From an uncultured Methanosarcinales archaeon (GTDB lineage: Archaea > Nanobdellota > Nanobdellia > Woesearchaeales > JACPBV01), in NCBI GenBank assembly GCA_964492935.1, contig CAZBLF010000001.1, forward strand, positions 28,301 through 92,300: a stretch of 64,000 bases of DNA, written 5' to 3'. Under the pieces are notes generated by a model that was not told the DNA's origin, made no database searches, and saw only the letters and a program-made list of their open reading frames with translations. This document shows positions 1 through 10,017 of this stretch, piece by piece. The translations under genes were made by a program, and so were the position numbers. The first letter of the stretch is position 1. The number at the start of each line of letters is the position of its first letter.

Positions 1-95
1 GCAGAAGCAAAGGGTAGAGCGAGGACTAGAGCAATACACATATACAAAAATAACTTTGTCTTGTTCAGCTCTGTTCACCCCCCTAACGGTTGAAC

Positions 96-1472
96 CTATA
101 CCTTCTTTTTTAGATCCATCACTACTACAAACAAGACAATGATCACAATAATTGCAACTATGCCGAAGCCGCCCAATGCTAAGAGAATGGGTGTTGATAC
201 TGAACTCTCTGTGGTTTCGGTGAATGGCGTTGTGATGATGCCTAAATCGTTTGTTGAGGTAGATGGTTGTTGAATAATAACTACGGTGTCATCTGGTGTT
301 GTAGTTGGTGTAGTTGTTACCGGTGTTGGTGTTGAAGTCGAGGTAGATGCTCGAGTACACTCTTCTACAACAATATCTACTGCTTCGATATCCGATAGTG
401 TATCGGTATCATAGTATGCTTTGATGGTTACGGGATAGGTTGAAACTGCAACGTTCTCCTTAATTTTGAAGCTGTAGGACTTGCTGATTTCGGTATCTGA
501 TCCTGTTCCTTCTTCGAGCTCAGGAATAGATACATCATCAAGATCGATGTCCAAGTCTGGGCTTTCGATGCGCACTACTACTTCGTCTTCATCGGTTCGT
601 CCCTGGTTTTTTAGGTTCACATTGATGGTTGCGGTTCTTGCACAACTAATCTTTGATGGAGAGACGGACGATCGCTGAATAACGATGTCGTGCTTATCTT
701 TTTCCACGTCTAAGGTGAATTCGATTTCGACTGAGTGTTTAGCCCCGTTCTCGTCATCGGTGGTTACTTCGATGGTGATTTCGTATTCGTCTTCATCAAT
801 GTCTTCATCAAGTGTAAATTCGATTCTGAATGATTCTTTTTCGTCTGCGTCGATGTCGCCGAGGTCATCTTCCTCTTCTAGGTCATCATCGTCATCGAGG
901 TCGTTTCCTGTTATTTCAACTTCTACGTCTTCGATGGTGATGTCTTCGTCATCGGTGAAAATATTTTCGATATCTCCTTTAATGATAATCTTGCTTCCGG
1001 GTTTTACGTCTCTGACGGTGTCTCCATCGTCTACGCTGTCGGAGTCGCCATCTACTACTACTTTGACGCTGTCAATGACGAGCTGGCTGGTGGCGGTAAG
1101 ATCCAAGGTGACTGACTTAGAAACTGCGGCGTTAGATACAATAATTGATCCGGAAAAGGGACTCAATCGTGTATTGACGTCTTCAGGAATGGTTCCTGTT
1201 ACGGTGATGGTTTGTGTAGCTCCCGTGTTTAAGTCAAATGAACTGGGGCTGATAGAGATATTGAAGGTTGATAATTCAGATGTTGAGAGAGTGCTTGTTA
1301 GCGAGGTCAGATTAGTGGTACCGTTATTGGTGATGACAAAAGAGGTAGAGATTGCTTTCGTTGGTTTAGCTGAAAGACTGATAGAATCTTGATTCGACGT
1401 AATTTGTGCTGCTGCACTTACAACACTCGCAGTAAGTATCATGCACATGGCCAGTAATAGTAGTTTTTTCAT
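96..1472 (-). CDS. Secreted cell-surface protein: signal peptide, acidic D/E-rich repeats, Thr/Pro-rich linker, C-terminal TM anchor
   Basis: The N-terminus MKKLLLLAMCMILTASVVSAAAQ is signal-peptide-like. Long DxDxD/E-rich stretches follow, then a TPTPVTTTPTTTP linker and a C-terminal hydrophobic helix ending in KKKV. Confidence 0.55.
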   Translation of the reverse strand: MKKLLLLAMCMILTASVVSAAAQITSNQDSISLSAKPTKAISTSFVITNNGTTNLTSLTSTLSTSELSTFNISISPSSFDLNTGATQTITVTGTIPEDVNTRLSPFSGSIIVSNAAVSKSVTLDLTATSQLVIDSVKVVVDGDSDSVDDGDTVRDVKPGSKIIIKGDIENIFTDDEDITIEDVEVEITGNDLDDDDDLEEEDDLGDIDADEKESFRIEFTLDEDIDEDEYEITIEVTTDDENGAKHSVEIEFTLDVEKDKHDIVIQRSSVSPSKISCARTATINVNLKNQGRTDEDEVVVRIESPDLDIDLDDVSIPELEEGTGSDTEISKSYSFKIKENVAVSTYPVTIKAYYDTDTLSDIEAVDIVVEECTRASTSTSTPTPVTTTPTTTPDDTVVIIQQPSTSTNDLGIITTPFTETTESSVSTPILLALGGFGIVAIIVIIVLFVVVMDLKKKV

Positions 1473-1589
1473 CGTTAATCCCCCTCTTCATGTATGAAGT
1501 AATTATTAGATTGTTATTCATGAGTGGTGTCAGTTGATATTTAAATATTATTATAGTCCAGTATATAGGATTGGTTATCCATATTGGAC

Positions 1590-1771
1590 TTTGAATCCGG
1601 TCATTCCACTGGCGTGTTCACCAGTGGTTCACACATCAGTTCCATTCGGGAGTCAAGAACCACTTATCTGATGGCTAGATTACCAACATGCCACCGGTCT
1701 CTTGGAAAGCAAAACTTTCTAAGATTCCGGGAATTTGGGTTCACCAGGATATTGACCGGTGGTTCTTGACA
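1590..1771 (+). repeat. Copy 1 of a structured intergenic repeat (hairpin ccactgg-N8-ccagtgg plus long-range stem gtcaagaaccact/ggtggttcttgac)
   Basis: About 75 nt are near-identical to 59837-59912, and the 3' end ...gccacc(g/a)gtct...attgacc(g/a)gtggttcttgaca matches 59930-59968. The two ends are complementary. The ORFs 1584-1769 and 1759-1959 that overlap it look spurious. Confidence 0.7.
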
Positions 1772-1851
1772 GAGAAGAGATACTTATTGTTTACGAAGGG
1801 TTTGAATTGAGTGGAAGTAAAGCAAAAAAATCTCAGAAGTCTTATTCTGAG

Positions 1852-4032
1852 TTATGCTCCGACCATAGCATCGGTCAATCCTTTTCGATCTCGGATCTGT
1901 TTGATGACTTTCTGCTGGAGTTCGTTTGGAACTTTCTCAAACATCTGATCGATCAATGAGCTTGTGCCGCGACCACCGGTTGCGGAACGTAGATCGGATG
2001 ACCATCCTAGAAGCTCGGCAACGGGCATTTTTGCTTTGACATTGACAAGAATTCCTTCTTGCTGCATGTCTAATAGCTGACCACGCTTGTTGCTGATTAA
2101 TTTTGAAATTTCTCCCATGAATTCGGAAGGAGCGTCGATTAATAGAATCTGGTACGGTTCAAACATCATAGGACCAGCGTTCATGACTGCTCCTCGGATA
2201 GATTCTCTTAATGCAGGATAGACCTGGGCGGGACCACGGTGAATAGCATCTTCGTGGAGCTTCATATCGTCGATGCTTACCTTGAGACCAATGCACGGAT
2301 CTTTTACTAGCGGTCCTTGTTTCATGACGTCTTCAAACATATCGTGGATCATTTCCATGACCTCTCCGATTTGGACGATTCCACGGGTATTGTCTACAAG
2401 GATGTTTCCTTTGAAGATTGCTTTTACCTTGATTGCGGCTTTGCTTTCCATTCCTGCTTCAACGAAGGCGTCTCGGATAATCAGATCTTTCTTCTTAAGT
2501 CTGGTTTCTGGAATTTTTCCGTCTTTAATGGCCGCTTTAATGGGTTCGGTTAGTGGTTCAACTGAAAAGAAGAACTTGTTGTGTTTATTTGGCGTTTTTC
2601 CTTCGGTACTGCCAGAGGGTTTGGTGATGGTTTCTCTATAGACAACGATTGGATTTGAAGCTTTTACTTCAAGACCTTTCTCTGTTTTAATTCGGTTTTC
2701 GATGACTTCTAGATGTAATTCTCCCATACCGTGCATCAGATTCTCTCCGGTTTCCTCGTTAATTTCGATGAGGATGGTGGGATCTTCTTTTGCTACGATT
2801 TTTAGGACTTCAATTAACTGAGGTAGATCAGCTGGTTTAGTAGCTGCAATCGACTTAGTAATGACCGGTTCGAAAATGTGTGAGATCTTTTCGAAAGGTT
2901 CGGTTTCATTTAAGGTGATGGTATCTCCAACAAAGCTCTTGATTCCAGCGATTCCAATGATATTTCCACAGGCTGCTTCGTCGATGATCTCTCTTTTAGC
3001 TCCATTGTAGACAAATACTTGTTGGACTCGCGTTTTGCCGCGTCCCATAAAGGAATATCCTTCGACACCTTTCTTCATGGTTCCGGAGAAGAGTCTTCCA
3101 GCAGAGATTTCTCCTGCTTGCGGATCGATAACGATTTTGGTGATAACGAAGAATAAGGGACCGTTAGGGTCGCACTTTTTTAATGAGATACCTTCTTCAC
3201 TTTCGATGTCGCCGTGCCAGATTTTTGGGATTCTGTACTCTTGGGCTACTTCGGGTGAGGGGTGGTGGGTGATAACCATGTTCAGAACGACTTCGTGAAG
3301 AGGTGCTTTTTTAGCAAGTTCCTTTCTTTTTTCTTTGTCTTCTGTTAGATAGGCGTCGATGACGTCTTTGAAGGTGATGTTCTTTTGCTGCATGTACGGA
3401 ATGGAGAGTGCCCAGTTGTGCAATGCTGAACCAAATGCTACAGAACCATCTTGTACATTGGCTTGCCATTTTTCTCCGAATTCTTCTTCGGCAATCTGGC
3501 GGATGAGCTTGTTGACGCTTCCAATGACGGTAACGAACTTTTCCTGCATTTGTTCAGGTGTTAATTTGAGTTCTTTGATTAATCGGTCTACTTTATTGAT
3601 GAATAATACGGGCTTGACGCGCTCTTTAAGGGCTTGTCTCAATACGGTCTCGGTTTGCGGCATGATTCCTTCAACTGCATCGCAGAGAACGATTGCTCCG
3701 TCGACTGCTCGCATAGCTCGGGTAACGTCCCCACCAAAATCAACGTGGCCAGGGGTGTCGAGAAGATTGATCAAAAATTCTTTTCCTTCGAATTCGTGCA
3801 CCATGGAGACGGCTGCGGTGTCAATGGTAATACCTCGTGCTTGCTCGTCTTCGTGGAAGTCTAGTTTAAGAGCATGTCCTGCATCTTCATCTGACATCAT
3901 TCCTGCACCTGCAAGAAGGTTGTCGGAGAACGTAGTTTTACCGTGATCGATGTGAGCACAGGTTGCGATATTTCGAATCTGCTTAGGATCCGTCATGATT
4001 CTAATAATTTTGTCAACTGTTTTTTCTGCCAT
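1852..4032 (-). CDS. fusA: Translation elongation factor 2 (aEF-2)
   Basis: 726 aa. The N-terminal GTPase motif AHIDHGKTT and DTPGHVDF is present, and the protein carries the full EF-2/EF-G domain set. Confidence 0.95.
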   Translation of the reverse strand: MAEKTVDKIIRIMTDPKQIRNIATCAHIDHGKTTFSDNLLAGAGMMSDEDAGHALKLDFHEDEQARGITIDTAAVSMVHEFEGKEFLINLLDTPGHVDFGGDVTRAMRAVDGAIVLCDAVEGIMPQTETVLRQALKERVKPVLFINKVDRLIKELKLTPEQMQEKFVTVIGSVNKLIRQIAEEEFGEKWQANVQDGSVAFGSALHNWALSIPYMQQKNITFKDVIDAYLTEDKEKRKELAKKAPLHEVVLNMVITHHPSPEVAQEYRIPKIWHGDIESEEGISLKKCDPNGPLFFVITKIVIDPQAGEISAGRLFSGTMKKGVEGYSFMGRGKTRVQQVFVYNGAKREIIDEAACGNIIGIAGIKSFVGDTITLNETEPFEKISHIFEPVITKSIAATKPADLPQLIEVLKIVAKEDPTILIEINEETGENLMHGMGELHLEVIENRIKTEKGLEVKASNPIVVYRETITKPSGSTEGKTPNKHNKFFFSVEPLTEPIKAAIKDGKIPETRLKKKDLIIRDAFVEAGMESKAAIKVKAIFKGNILVDNTRGIVQIGEVMEMIHDMFEDVMKQGPLVKDPCIGLKVSIDDMKLHEDAIHRGPAQVYPALRESIRGAVMNAGPMMFEPYQILLIDAPSEFMGEISKLISNKRGQLLDMQQEGILVNVKAKMPVAELLGWSSDLRSATGGRGTSSLIDQMFEKVPNELQQKVIKQIRDRKGLTDAMVGA

Positions 4033-4042
4033 TTCTTTACCT

Positions 4043-4543
4043 CTACTTCCAGAATGATTCTAGTCTTTCTGTTTTTTCGCTCTTAATTGGAAAATTGGTT
4101 TCGGTTAATTCGTTAGGTCTAAACCAAAGTTTAATTTCGCGTTCTGCTTCTTCTGCACTTTCAGATGCATGTACTACATTTTCAAAGACGCCCTTCGTGG
4201 TGATTCTTCCATACTTCCCGCGTAGAGAAGTTGGATTTGCTTTTTCAGGGTTGGTTACCCCGATAATGTCGCGAATGTGTTTACAGGCTGCGTCGCCTTG
4301 ATAGACTAGTGCAAGTACGTTTTTAGTGTGATAAGATCCGGTAATGTATTTGATTAATTCAGCAAAGAATTTTTCTTCTTTCAGGTGCTGATAATGTTCT
4401 TCGGCAAGTTCTTGCGTTACTTCGATGACTTTTGCACCGACAATTTCAAGACCTTCTTCAGCTAGCTTATCCATGATTGCGCCCATGAGACCTTTCTGCA
4501 TGGCGTCGGGTTTTACTACTACAAGGCTTTGTTCTTTACTCAT
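4043..4543 (-). CDS. ndk: Nucleoside diphosphate kinase
   Basis: 166 aa, with the NDK-like N-terminus VVVKPDAMQKGLMGAIMDKLAEEGLEIVGAK and the NDK-type motif GVTNPE in IIGVTNPEKANPTSLRG. Confidence 0.88.
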   Translation of the reverse strand: MSKEQSLVVVKPDAMQKGLMGAIMDKLAEEGLEIVGAKVIEVTQELAEEHYQHLKEEKFFAELIKYITGSYHTKNVLALVYQGDAACKHIRDIIGVTNPEKANPTSLRGKYGRITTKGVFENVVHASESAEEAEREIKLWFRPNELTETNFPIKSEKTERLESFWK

Positions 4544-4773
4544 TTTTTCTCCTTTTTGGGTGTTTCCTTTTTCGGTTCAGCCGTTTCCTTTTTTGGCGAT
4601 GGTTTTTCTGTCTTAGATTTAGTCCAGCGTACATTGTACGGCTTTCTTTTCAGATGGAGCATATTTCTTTTACACTTGCTGTTCTTGAAATAGAGAGTGG
4701 TTCCATCTTTCTTGACGAACATAATTCCTGTTCCAGGTGTGATTTCTTCTCCGGAGAAACTGCATTTGACCAT
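4540..4773 (-). CDS. rpl24e: Ribosomal protein L24e
   Basis: 77 aa. The zinc-ribbon N-terminus [34 protein letters not shown] is typical of L24e. The start overlaps the ndk stop (ATGA). Confidence 0.85.
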   Translation of the reverse strand: MVKCSFSGEEITPGTGIMFVKKDGTTLYFKNSKCKRNMLHLKRKPYNVRWTKSKTEKPSPKKETAEPKKETPKKEKK

Positions 4774-5066
4774 TAGGAATTGCCTCCTGAACGGCCAGCA
4801 CGACTTAATTCACGTGCTTCGATTTCAGTTTCTCTGAGCATAAGAATATCTCCTAGCTGAACAGGTCCTTTGACGTTTCGTCTTAAGACTTTATTTTGAT
4901 CGTTTCCTTCTAAGACTTTGCAACGGACTTGAATAGCTTCTCCTCGTGTACCGGTTCTTCCTACAACTTCCTCTACGGAAGCCTTGTAGGCACGGCTAAA
5001 AGAAGCTGCACCTGATTTCTTTTCTTCCTGACCTTTTTGAGGTCTTCTTGGTTTTTCGTCTGCCAT
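4773..5066 (-). CDS. rps28e: Ribosomal protein S28e
   Basis: [53 protein letters not shown] matches the S28e core. There is an N-terminal basic extension. Confidence 0.85.
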   Translation of the reverse strand: MADEKPRRPQKGQEEKKSGAASFSRAYKASVEEVVGRTGTRGEAIQVRCKVLEGNDQNKVLRRNVKGPVQLGDILMLRETEIEARELSRAGRSGGNS

Positions 5067-5067
5067 C

Positions 5068-5412
5068 TTATTCTTTTGCTGAGTCTATGATTTCTTTAAC
5101 AAGCTTTTTTGCGTCGCCTTCTTTTACGATTGCGATAGCGGATGAAGGTTTGTCGATACCGGCAGCTGCTCCTAATTCTTCCTTAGATTTTACTTCAACA
5201 CAGGCGATGCCTTTTTCCTTGCATAATAGCGGAATGTGCATGGTAATTTCTGGGGGAGAGACGTCTTTTGCGATTGCAACGACTTTTGCCTCTTCACGTT
5301 CGATAGCTTTGGTTACCTCATTTGTTCCTTTCTTGAGTTTACCGCTGGCTTTCGCTGTCTCGATTGCTTCATATACTTTGTCTTGAATGTTTTCTTCTGC
5401 CATTATTTTCAC
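5068..5412 (-). CDS. rpl7ae: Ribosomal protein L7Ae (K-turn binding)
   Basis: 114 aa. [32 protein letters not shown]...[12 protein letters not shown] is an L7Ae/L30e-fold signature. Confidence 0.9.
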   Translation of the reverse strand: MKIMAEENIQDKVYEAIETAKASGKLKKGTNEVTKAIEREEAKVVAIAKDVSPPEITMHIPLLCKEKGIACVEVKSKEELGAAAGIDKPSSAIAIVKEGDAKKLVKEIIDSAKE

Positions 5413-5523
5413 CTTTTGTGTATATGAGGATATTCAGAAAATATACCTCAATCGCCTACATTCGTAGGGTCATTTTTCATTGGTAAGGTTTGGAATGAAT
5501 GAGTTGTTTAAAAAGCTTTTGTT

Positions 5524-6279
5524 CTATTCTATGGATGTGTATTTCTCTTCTAATTTGGCTGCGAGCGCTGATTCTTCATCGGTTAGCTTGGTAAGTTGTA
5601 GCTTGGTATTGAATGTCTGTTCGAATCCTTTTTTGAGGGCTTCAATCATTATATCCGGCGTTATAATGAAGCCTTCTTGGTTGATTGAGGTGATATTTTC
5701 TCTTAATTGTTGTTCTGTTTTAGCTTGGTCTGGTGTTTTGAAGCATTGTGCATTTAATTCTGGGTCGAAGTTTAATAGAATAGGTCCATGTTGGAGGATT
5801 TTATTTTTTATTCTTCTTTGGGCGGATCCGGAGATCTTTTTTCCGTTGACTTCTAGTTCGTACCAGTTGGAGCTGTTGAAACAGATGCTTGTTGCTAGGC
5901 GTTCTGGTTGTTGTTTGAGTTCTGCATTGATTCCTAGTTGTTTTAATGCAATTACTAGGGCTTGTGCAATTACTTTGTAGGATTCATTGACTTGTTTGGG
6001 AAGATTGAGTTTGTCTTCTGGCGAGACTAAGGAATAGGTGACTTCTTGGTCGTGGAGCACTGCTTTGCCACCGGTGATGCGTCTGACGATGTTGATGTCT
6101 TGTTTTTTGCAGAAGTCTAGGTTGATTTCTTTTTCGATGTCTTGGTTGTAGCCGATGGAGATTGCTTTGGGTTTCCATTGATAGAATCTTAATATGGGTT
6201 CTTGGCAGAGCTGTAATAGGGATTCATCTATTGCCATATTCTCGGCTGCTGTTTTGGGGGGGGTGATGATACATCTCAT
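5524..6279 (-). CDS. lplA: Lipoate-protein ligase A / octanoyltransferase family (BPL/LPL catalytic domain)
   Basis: Motifs RRITGGKAVLHD...GKKISGSAQRR...HGPILL are present. The start was moved to the internal ATG at 6279, just after the lipA stop. The track ORF extends to 6417 and overlaps lipA. Confidence 0.65.
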   Translation of the reverse strand: MRCIITPPKTAAENMAIDESLLQLCQEPILRFYQWKPKAISIGYNQDIEKEINLDFCKKQDINIVRRITGGKAVLHDQEVTYSLVSPEDKLNLPKQVNESYKVIAQALVIALKQLGINAELKQQPERLATSICFNSSNWYELEVNGKKISGSAQRRIKNKILQHGPILLNFDPELNAQCFKTPDQAKTEQQLRENITSINQEGFIITPDIMIEALKKGFEQTFNTKLQLTKLTDEESALAAKLEEKYTSIE

Positions 6280-6316
6280 GATCGCTATAGCGTCTTCGAA
6301 ATCTTGCCCTTTTTCG

Positions 6317-7291
6317 TTATGGCTGACATTCTCCGGAGGAGGCAACCCTCTTGTCAGCTTGCTCTTGAGATAGATGTGATTTCGACTTGATGACGCTATC
6401 GCTATCGATAAATGCATTCAGCTTGTCGGCTCTGTAGGAGGATCTTACTAAGGGTCCGGCTTCTACGTGAAGGAATCCTAATTTTCTTCCTTCTTCGGCT
6501 AGCTCGTCGAATTCTTCTGGAGTATAGTATTTTTCTAGTTTGATGTGTTTTTGAGTGGGTTGTAGGTACTGGCCTATTGAGAGAAAATCACAGTCGTGGT
6601 CACGGAGATTCTTCATGGTTTGGATGAGTTCTTGTTTTGTCTCTCCAAATCCCACCATGATTGCTGATTTGGTTTTTTGTTGTGGATTGAGGACTTTAGC
6701 TTGTTTTAGAATGTTTAATGACTTGGCGTAATCGCCTTTGGCACGTACTTTCTTGAACATTCTTTCAGCTGCTTCGATGTTGTGGGCGAATACTTCAGGT
6801 TTGGCATCGATGACGCGCTTGAGATCGTCTCCGGTGAAGTCGGGTGTTAGAACCTCGACGCTGCACTCGGTTAGGTTGTGAATTTGCTTGATGGTTTCGG
6901 CGAAATGGTTGGATCCAGCATCTTCGAGATCGTCTCTATCTACCGAGGTGATGACGGTATACTTTAACTTGAGATCGCGTACAATTTCGGCTACTTTTTT
7001 TGGTTCTTCTGGATCTAATGGATTGCCAACGTGTGCTGTTTTGACGTTACAGTATCTGCAGGCTCGCGTACAGGTGTCGCCCATAATCATTAGTGTTGCC
7101 GTTCCATTGGACCAGCACTCTCCAATGTTCGGGCATTTTGCCTCTTGGCAGACGGTGTTAGTCTTTCCAGCGGTGATCATGGAATTAATTTTTTTATAAG
7201 AAGCTGCATCGGGAAGACGTACTTTAAGCCAATCAGGATGTCTCCGTTTTGGTGGGGTTATCTGGATGAGATTGTTCATTGTTTTCCTCAT
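6317..7291 (-). CDS. lipA: Lipoyl synthase (radical SAM)
   Basis: It has the two cysteine clusters CQEAKCPNIGECW and CTRACRYCNV typical of LipA. Confidence 0.9.
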   Translation of the reverse strand: MRKTMNNLIQITPPKRRHPDWLKVRLPDAASYKKINSMITAGKTNTVCQEAKCPNIGECWSNGTATLMIMGDTCTRACRYCNVKTAHVGNPLDPEEPKKVAEIVRDLKLKYTVITSVDRDDLEDAGSNHFAETIKQIHNLTECSVEVLTPDFTGDDLKRVIDAKPEVFAHNIEAAERMFKKVRAKGDYAKSLNILKQAKVLNPQQKTKSAIMVGFGETKQELIQTMKNLRDHDCDFLSIGQYLQPTQKHIKLEKYYTPEEFDELAEEGRKLGFLHVEAGPLVRSSYRADKLNAFIDSDSVIKSKSHLSQEQADKRVASSGECQP

Positions 7292-8708
7292 ATATGAGCA
7301 CGGGTTTTCGCGCCGCTAGGACTTCATTTAGGCGAGATACTGGCGTGGTATGCGGGGCGCCCTTTACTAACTCTGGGTTAACTTCGGCTTCTTTTTTAAT
7401 AGTTAGCATTGTATCGGCGAACTCATCGAGTGTTTCTTTGCTCTCGGTTTCGGTTGGTTCGATCATGATTGCTCCGGGAACGATGAGTGGGAAGTAGATG
7501 GTGGGAGCATACATTCCGAAGTCTAGTAATCTTTTTGCAACGTCCGTGGTGATCACTCCATTGGCGAGGTCTTTATCGTTGAGGACAAATTCATGCATGC
7601 AGGTTCTTTGAAAGGGGAGATGGTAGTCATTCTTGAGTTTTGCAAGTAAGTAATTTGCATTTAATACTGCGTTTTCTCCGATAGCGGGAATGCCTGTTTT
7701 TCCAAGGGAGCGGATGTAGGTGTAGGCTCTCACCAATATTCCAAAGTTTCCGTAGAATGCTCGCATACGACCAATCGAATGAGGTGATTCGTGCTTAAGT
7801 GCATAGATGCTTCCTTCTTTAATTATTTTTGGAACGGGAAGAAGCTCGGCAAGATGCGCTTTTACTCCCACGGGTCCGGATCCCGGTCCACCTCCGCCGT
7901 GGGGTGTGGAAAAAGTTTTGTGGAGATTGCTATGGAGAATGTCTATTCCGAAGTCTCCTGGTTTTGTTATTCCTACGATTGCATTGAGGTTTGCTCCATC
8001 CATATAGACGAGGCTTCCATTGTCATGCATAAGCTGACATATGGTTTGAATGTCTCGTTCGAATAAGCCCGGGGTGTTAGGATTAGTAATCATGATTCCA
8101 GCGACTTCGGGTGTAATTTTTGATTTGAGGTCTTCTAGGTTAATTTCTCCCTGGTCATTGCTTTTTACCTCTACACTGTCGAAGCCGCACTGTGTTACAG
8201 AGGCAGGATTGGTGCCGTGGGCGGAGTCAGGAACCAGGATGATACTTCTTTTTTCTTCTTTCATTTCGAAGAACTTTTTTATGATCATGATTCCCAGTAG
8301 TTCTCCATGTGAGCCGGCTGCGGGTTGAAGTGTAAATGCATCCATGCCGGTAATTTCTATGAGATACTGTTCGAGTTCATACATGAGTTGCAGGGCGCCT
8401 TGCGCATACTCGGATGGAGTTTGTGGGTGTAAGTTTGCAAACCCTTCTAGACGGGCCATGTCTTCATTGATCTTAGGATTATATTTCATGGTGCAGCTTC
8501 CTAATGGGTAGAATCCGTTATCGACGCCAAATGTTCTTCGGGAGAGTGAGGTATAATGTCGGATGATATCGAATTCACTTACTTCTGGTAGGTTGAGGTC
8601 TGATCGAAGATATTCTTCAGGAATAAGTGAGTCTTGGAGCGGTACATCTAGGGGAGGGAGTTGCAATGCTTTGCGCCCTTTCTTACTTTTTTCAAAGATG
8701 AGTTCCAT
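7233..8708 (-). CDS. gcvPB: Glycine dehydrogenase (decarboxylating) subunit 2
   Basis: 491 aa with a PLP-dependent fold. Motifs include SAHGTNPASV and LHSNLHKTFSTPHGGGGPG. Confidence 0.9.
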   Translation of the reverse strand: MELIFEKSKKGRKALQLPPLDVPLQDSLIPEEYLRSDLNLPEVSEFDIIRHYTSLSRRTFGVDNGFYPLGSCTMKYNPKINEDMARLEGFANLHPQTPSEYAQGALQLMYELEQYLIEITGMDAFTLQPAAGSHGELLGIMIIKKFFEMKEEKRSIILVPDSAHGTNPASVTQCGFDSVEVKSNDQGEINLEDLKSKITPEVAGIMITNPNTPGLFERDIQTICQLMHDNGSLVYMDGANLNAIVGITKPGDFGIDILHSNLHKTFSTPHGGGGPGSGPVGVKAHLAELLPVPKIIKEGSIYALKHESPHSIGRMRAFYGNFGILVRAYTYIRSLGKTGIPAIGENAVLNANYLLAKLKNDYHLPFQRTCMHEFVLNDKDLANGVITTDVAKRLLDFGMYAPTIYFPLIVPGAIMIEPTETESKETLDEFADTMLTIKKEAEVNPELVKGAPHTTPVSRLNEVLAARKPVLIYEENNEQSHPDNPTKTETS

Positions 8709-8709
8709 A

Positions 8710-10017
8710 TTAGCCTCGTATTGCTGTAATCAGCTTATCTATCTCTTCTCTTGTATGTAATTCGGTAACACATACGAGTACTTCGTTTTGTAACGCGTTA
8801 TCGTATTTGCTTAACTCGACTAAGGGTAAAATATTGTGCTCTGCCAGTCGTTCTTGGACTTTTTGTTTGTCTTCGAGACGTATGACGAACTCGTTGTAGG
8901 TTGCAGCGGAATAGGGTATGGAGATTCCTGCATGTTGGAGTTGTTTTTTGGCGTAGTGAGATTTTTGTAGATTGTGCATGGATAGTGTCTTTAATTCCTT
9001 TCCGAGATAGGCCAGGGCGATGGTTGCTGCTAGTGCATTGAGCGCTTGATTGGTGCAGATGTTGGAGGTTGCTCTTTCTCGTCTGATGTGTTGTTCTCTT
9101 GCTTGGAGTGTTAATACAAAACCGCGTTGATCTTTGCTATCATGAGTCATCCCGGCTATTCTCCCCGGTAGTTGTCGCATGTAGTCTTTTTTTGTGGCAA
9201 TAAAACCTAGATAGGGTCCCCCAAAGCTGAGAGGATTGCCAAAGGTGTGGCCTTCACCTACTACGATATCTGCACCACAGGTTCCTGGACTTTTTAGAAT
9301 GCCGAGAGCGGTAGGTTCATTCACACTTACAATCAGGAGTGCACCTTGCTCATGTGCTTTTTGAGCAATTGCCTCAAGTTGTTCGATACTTCCTAGAAAA
9401 TTAGGCTGTTGGATGATGATGGCTGCTGCACCCTCGAGATCGGGAATTTGGGTGGTGCCCTCAGTCAGGGGGACTTCTTGAAGCTGGAGATTGTTTGCAC
9501 GGAGATAGGTTTCGACCACATGTTTATGTTCCGGATGGGTTGCATTTGAAATGAGTATCTTTTCTTTCTTTGTTATTCGGACTGCCATCAGTGCTGCTTC
9601 GGCGAGTGCTGAACTATTATCGTACATGGATGCGTTTGCGACCTGCATTCCGGTAAGGTTAGCGATCATCGTCTGAAATTCGAAGATTGCTTGTAGTGTT
9701 CCTTGAGAGATTTCAGGTTGATACGGAGTATATGCGGTGAAGAATTCTCCTCTGAGGATGAGATGGTTTACTACGGTAGGTATGAAATGGTTGTACGCAC
9801 CCGCACCCGCAAACGAAAGCATGTCGGTCTTGTTTTTCTTGGCAAGAGCGGTGAGTACTTTTGTTACCTCGATTTCGGAACAGGATTCTGGAAGATTGAG
9901 TTCGCCTTTTATCTGCAATGTTTCTGGGATATCCTTAAAGAGTTCTCGTACTGAGGAGATTCCAATAGTGGTGAGCATCTCCTGTACTTGTTCAGGGGTG
10001 TGGGATATGTATTGCAT
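8710..10017 (-). CDS. gcvPA: Glycine dehydrogenase (decarboxylating) subunit 1
   Basis: 435 aa. It has the GcvPA-like N-terminus and a PLP-fold region, and it is tightly packed with gcvPB. Confidence 0.9.
   Translation of the reverse strand: MQYISHTPEQVQEMLTTIGISSVRELFKDIPETLQIKGELNLPESCSEIEVTKVLTALAKKNKTDMLSFAGAGAYNHFIPTVVNHLILRGEFFTAYTPYQPEISQGTLQAIFEFQTMIANLTGMQVANASMYDNSSALAEAALMAVRITKKEKILISNATHPEHKHVVETYLRANNLQLQEVPLTEGTTQIPDLEGAAAIIIQQPNFLGSIEQLEAIAQKAHEQGALLIVSVNEPTALGILKSPGTCGADIVVGEGHTFGNPLSFGGPYLGFIATKKDYMRQLPGRIAGMTHDSKDQRGFVLTLQAREQHIRRERATSNICTNQALNALAATIALAYLGKELKTLSMHNLQKSHYAKKQLQHAGISIPYSAATYNEFVIRLEDKQKVQERLAEHNILPLVELSKYDNALQNEVLVCVTELHTREEIDKLITAIRG

Noticed and set aside
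481-1392. The Ser-rich plus-strand ORFs (65 aa and 235 aa) inside the surface-protein gene.
   Set aside because: They are antisense shadows of the D/E-rich minus-strand gene: GAx and GAC codons read as Ser/Val on the other strand. The signal peptide and C-terminal anchor exist only on the minus strand.
1584-1959. The plus-strand ORFs 1584-1769 and 1759-1959.
   Set aside because: They lie over the repeat element and the 3' end of fusA. They have no coding signature, and the region is better explained as a structured RNA or repeat.
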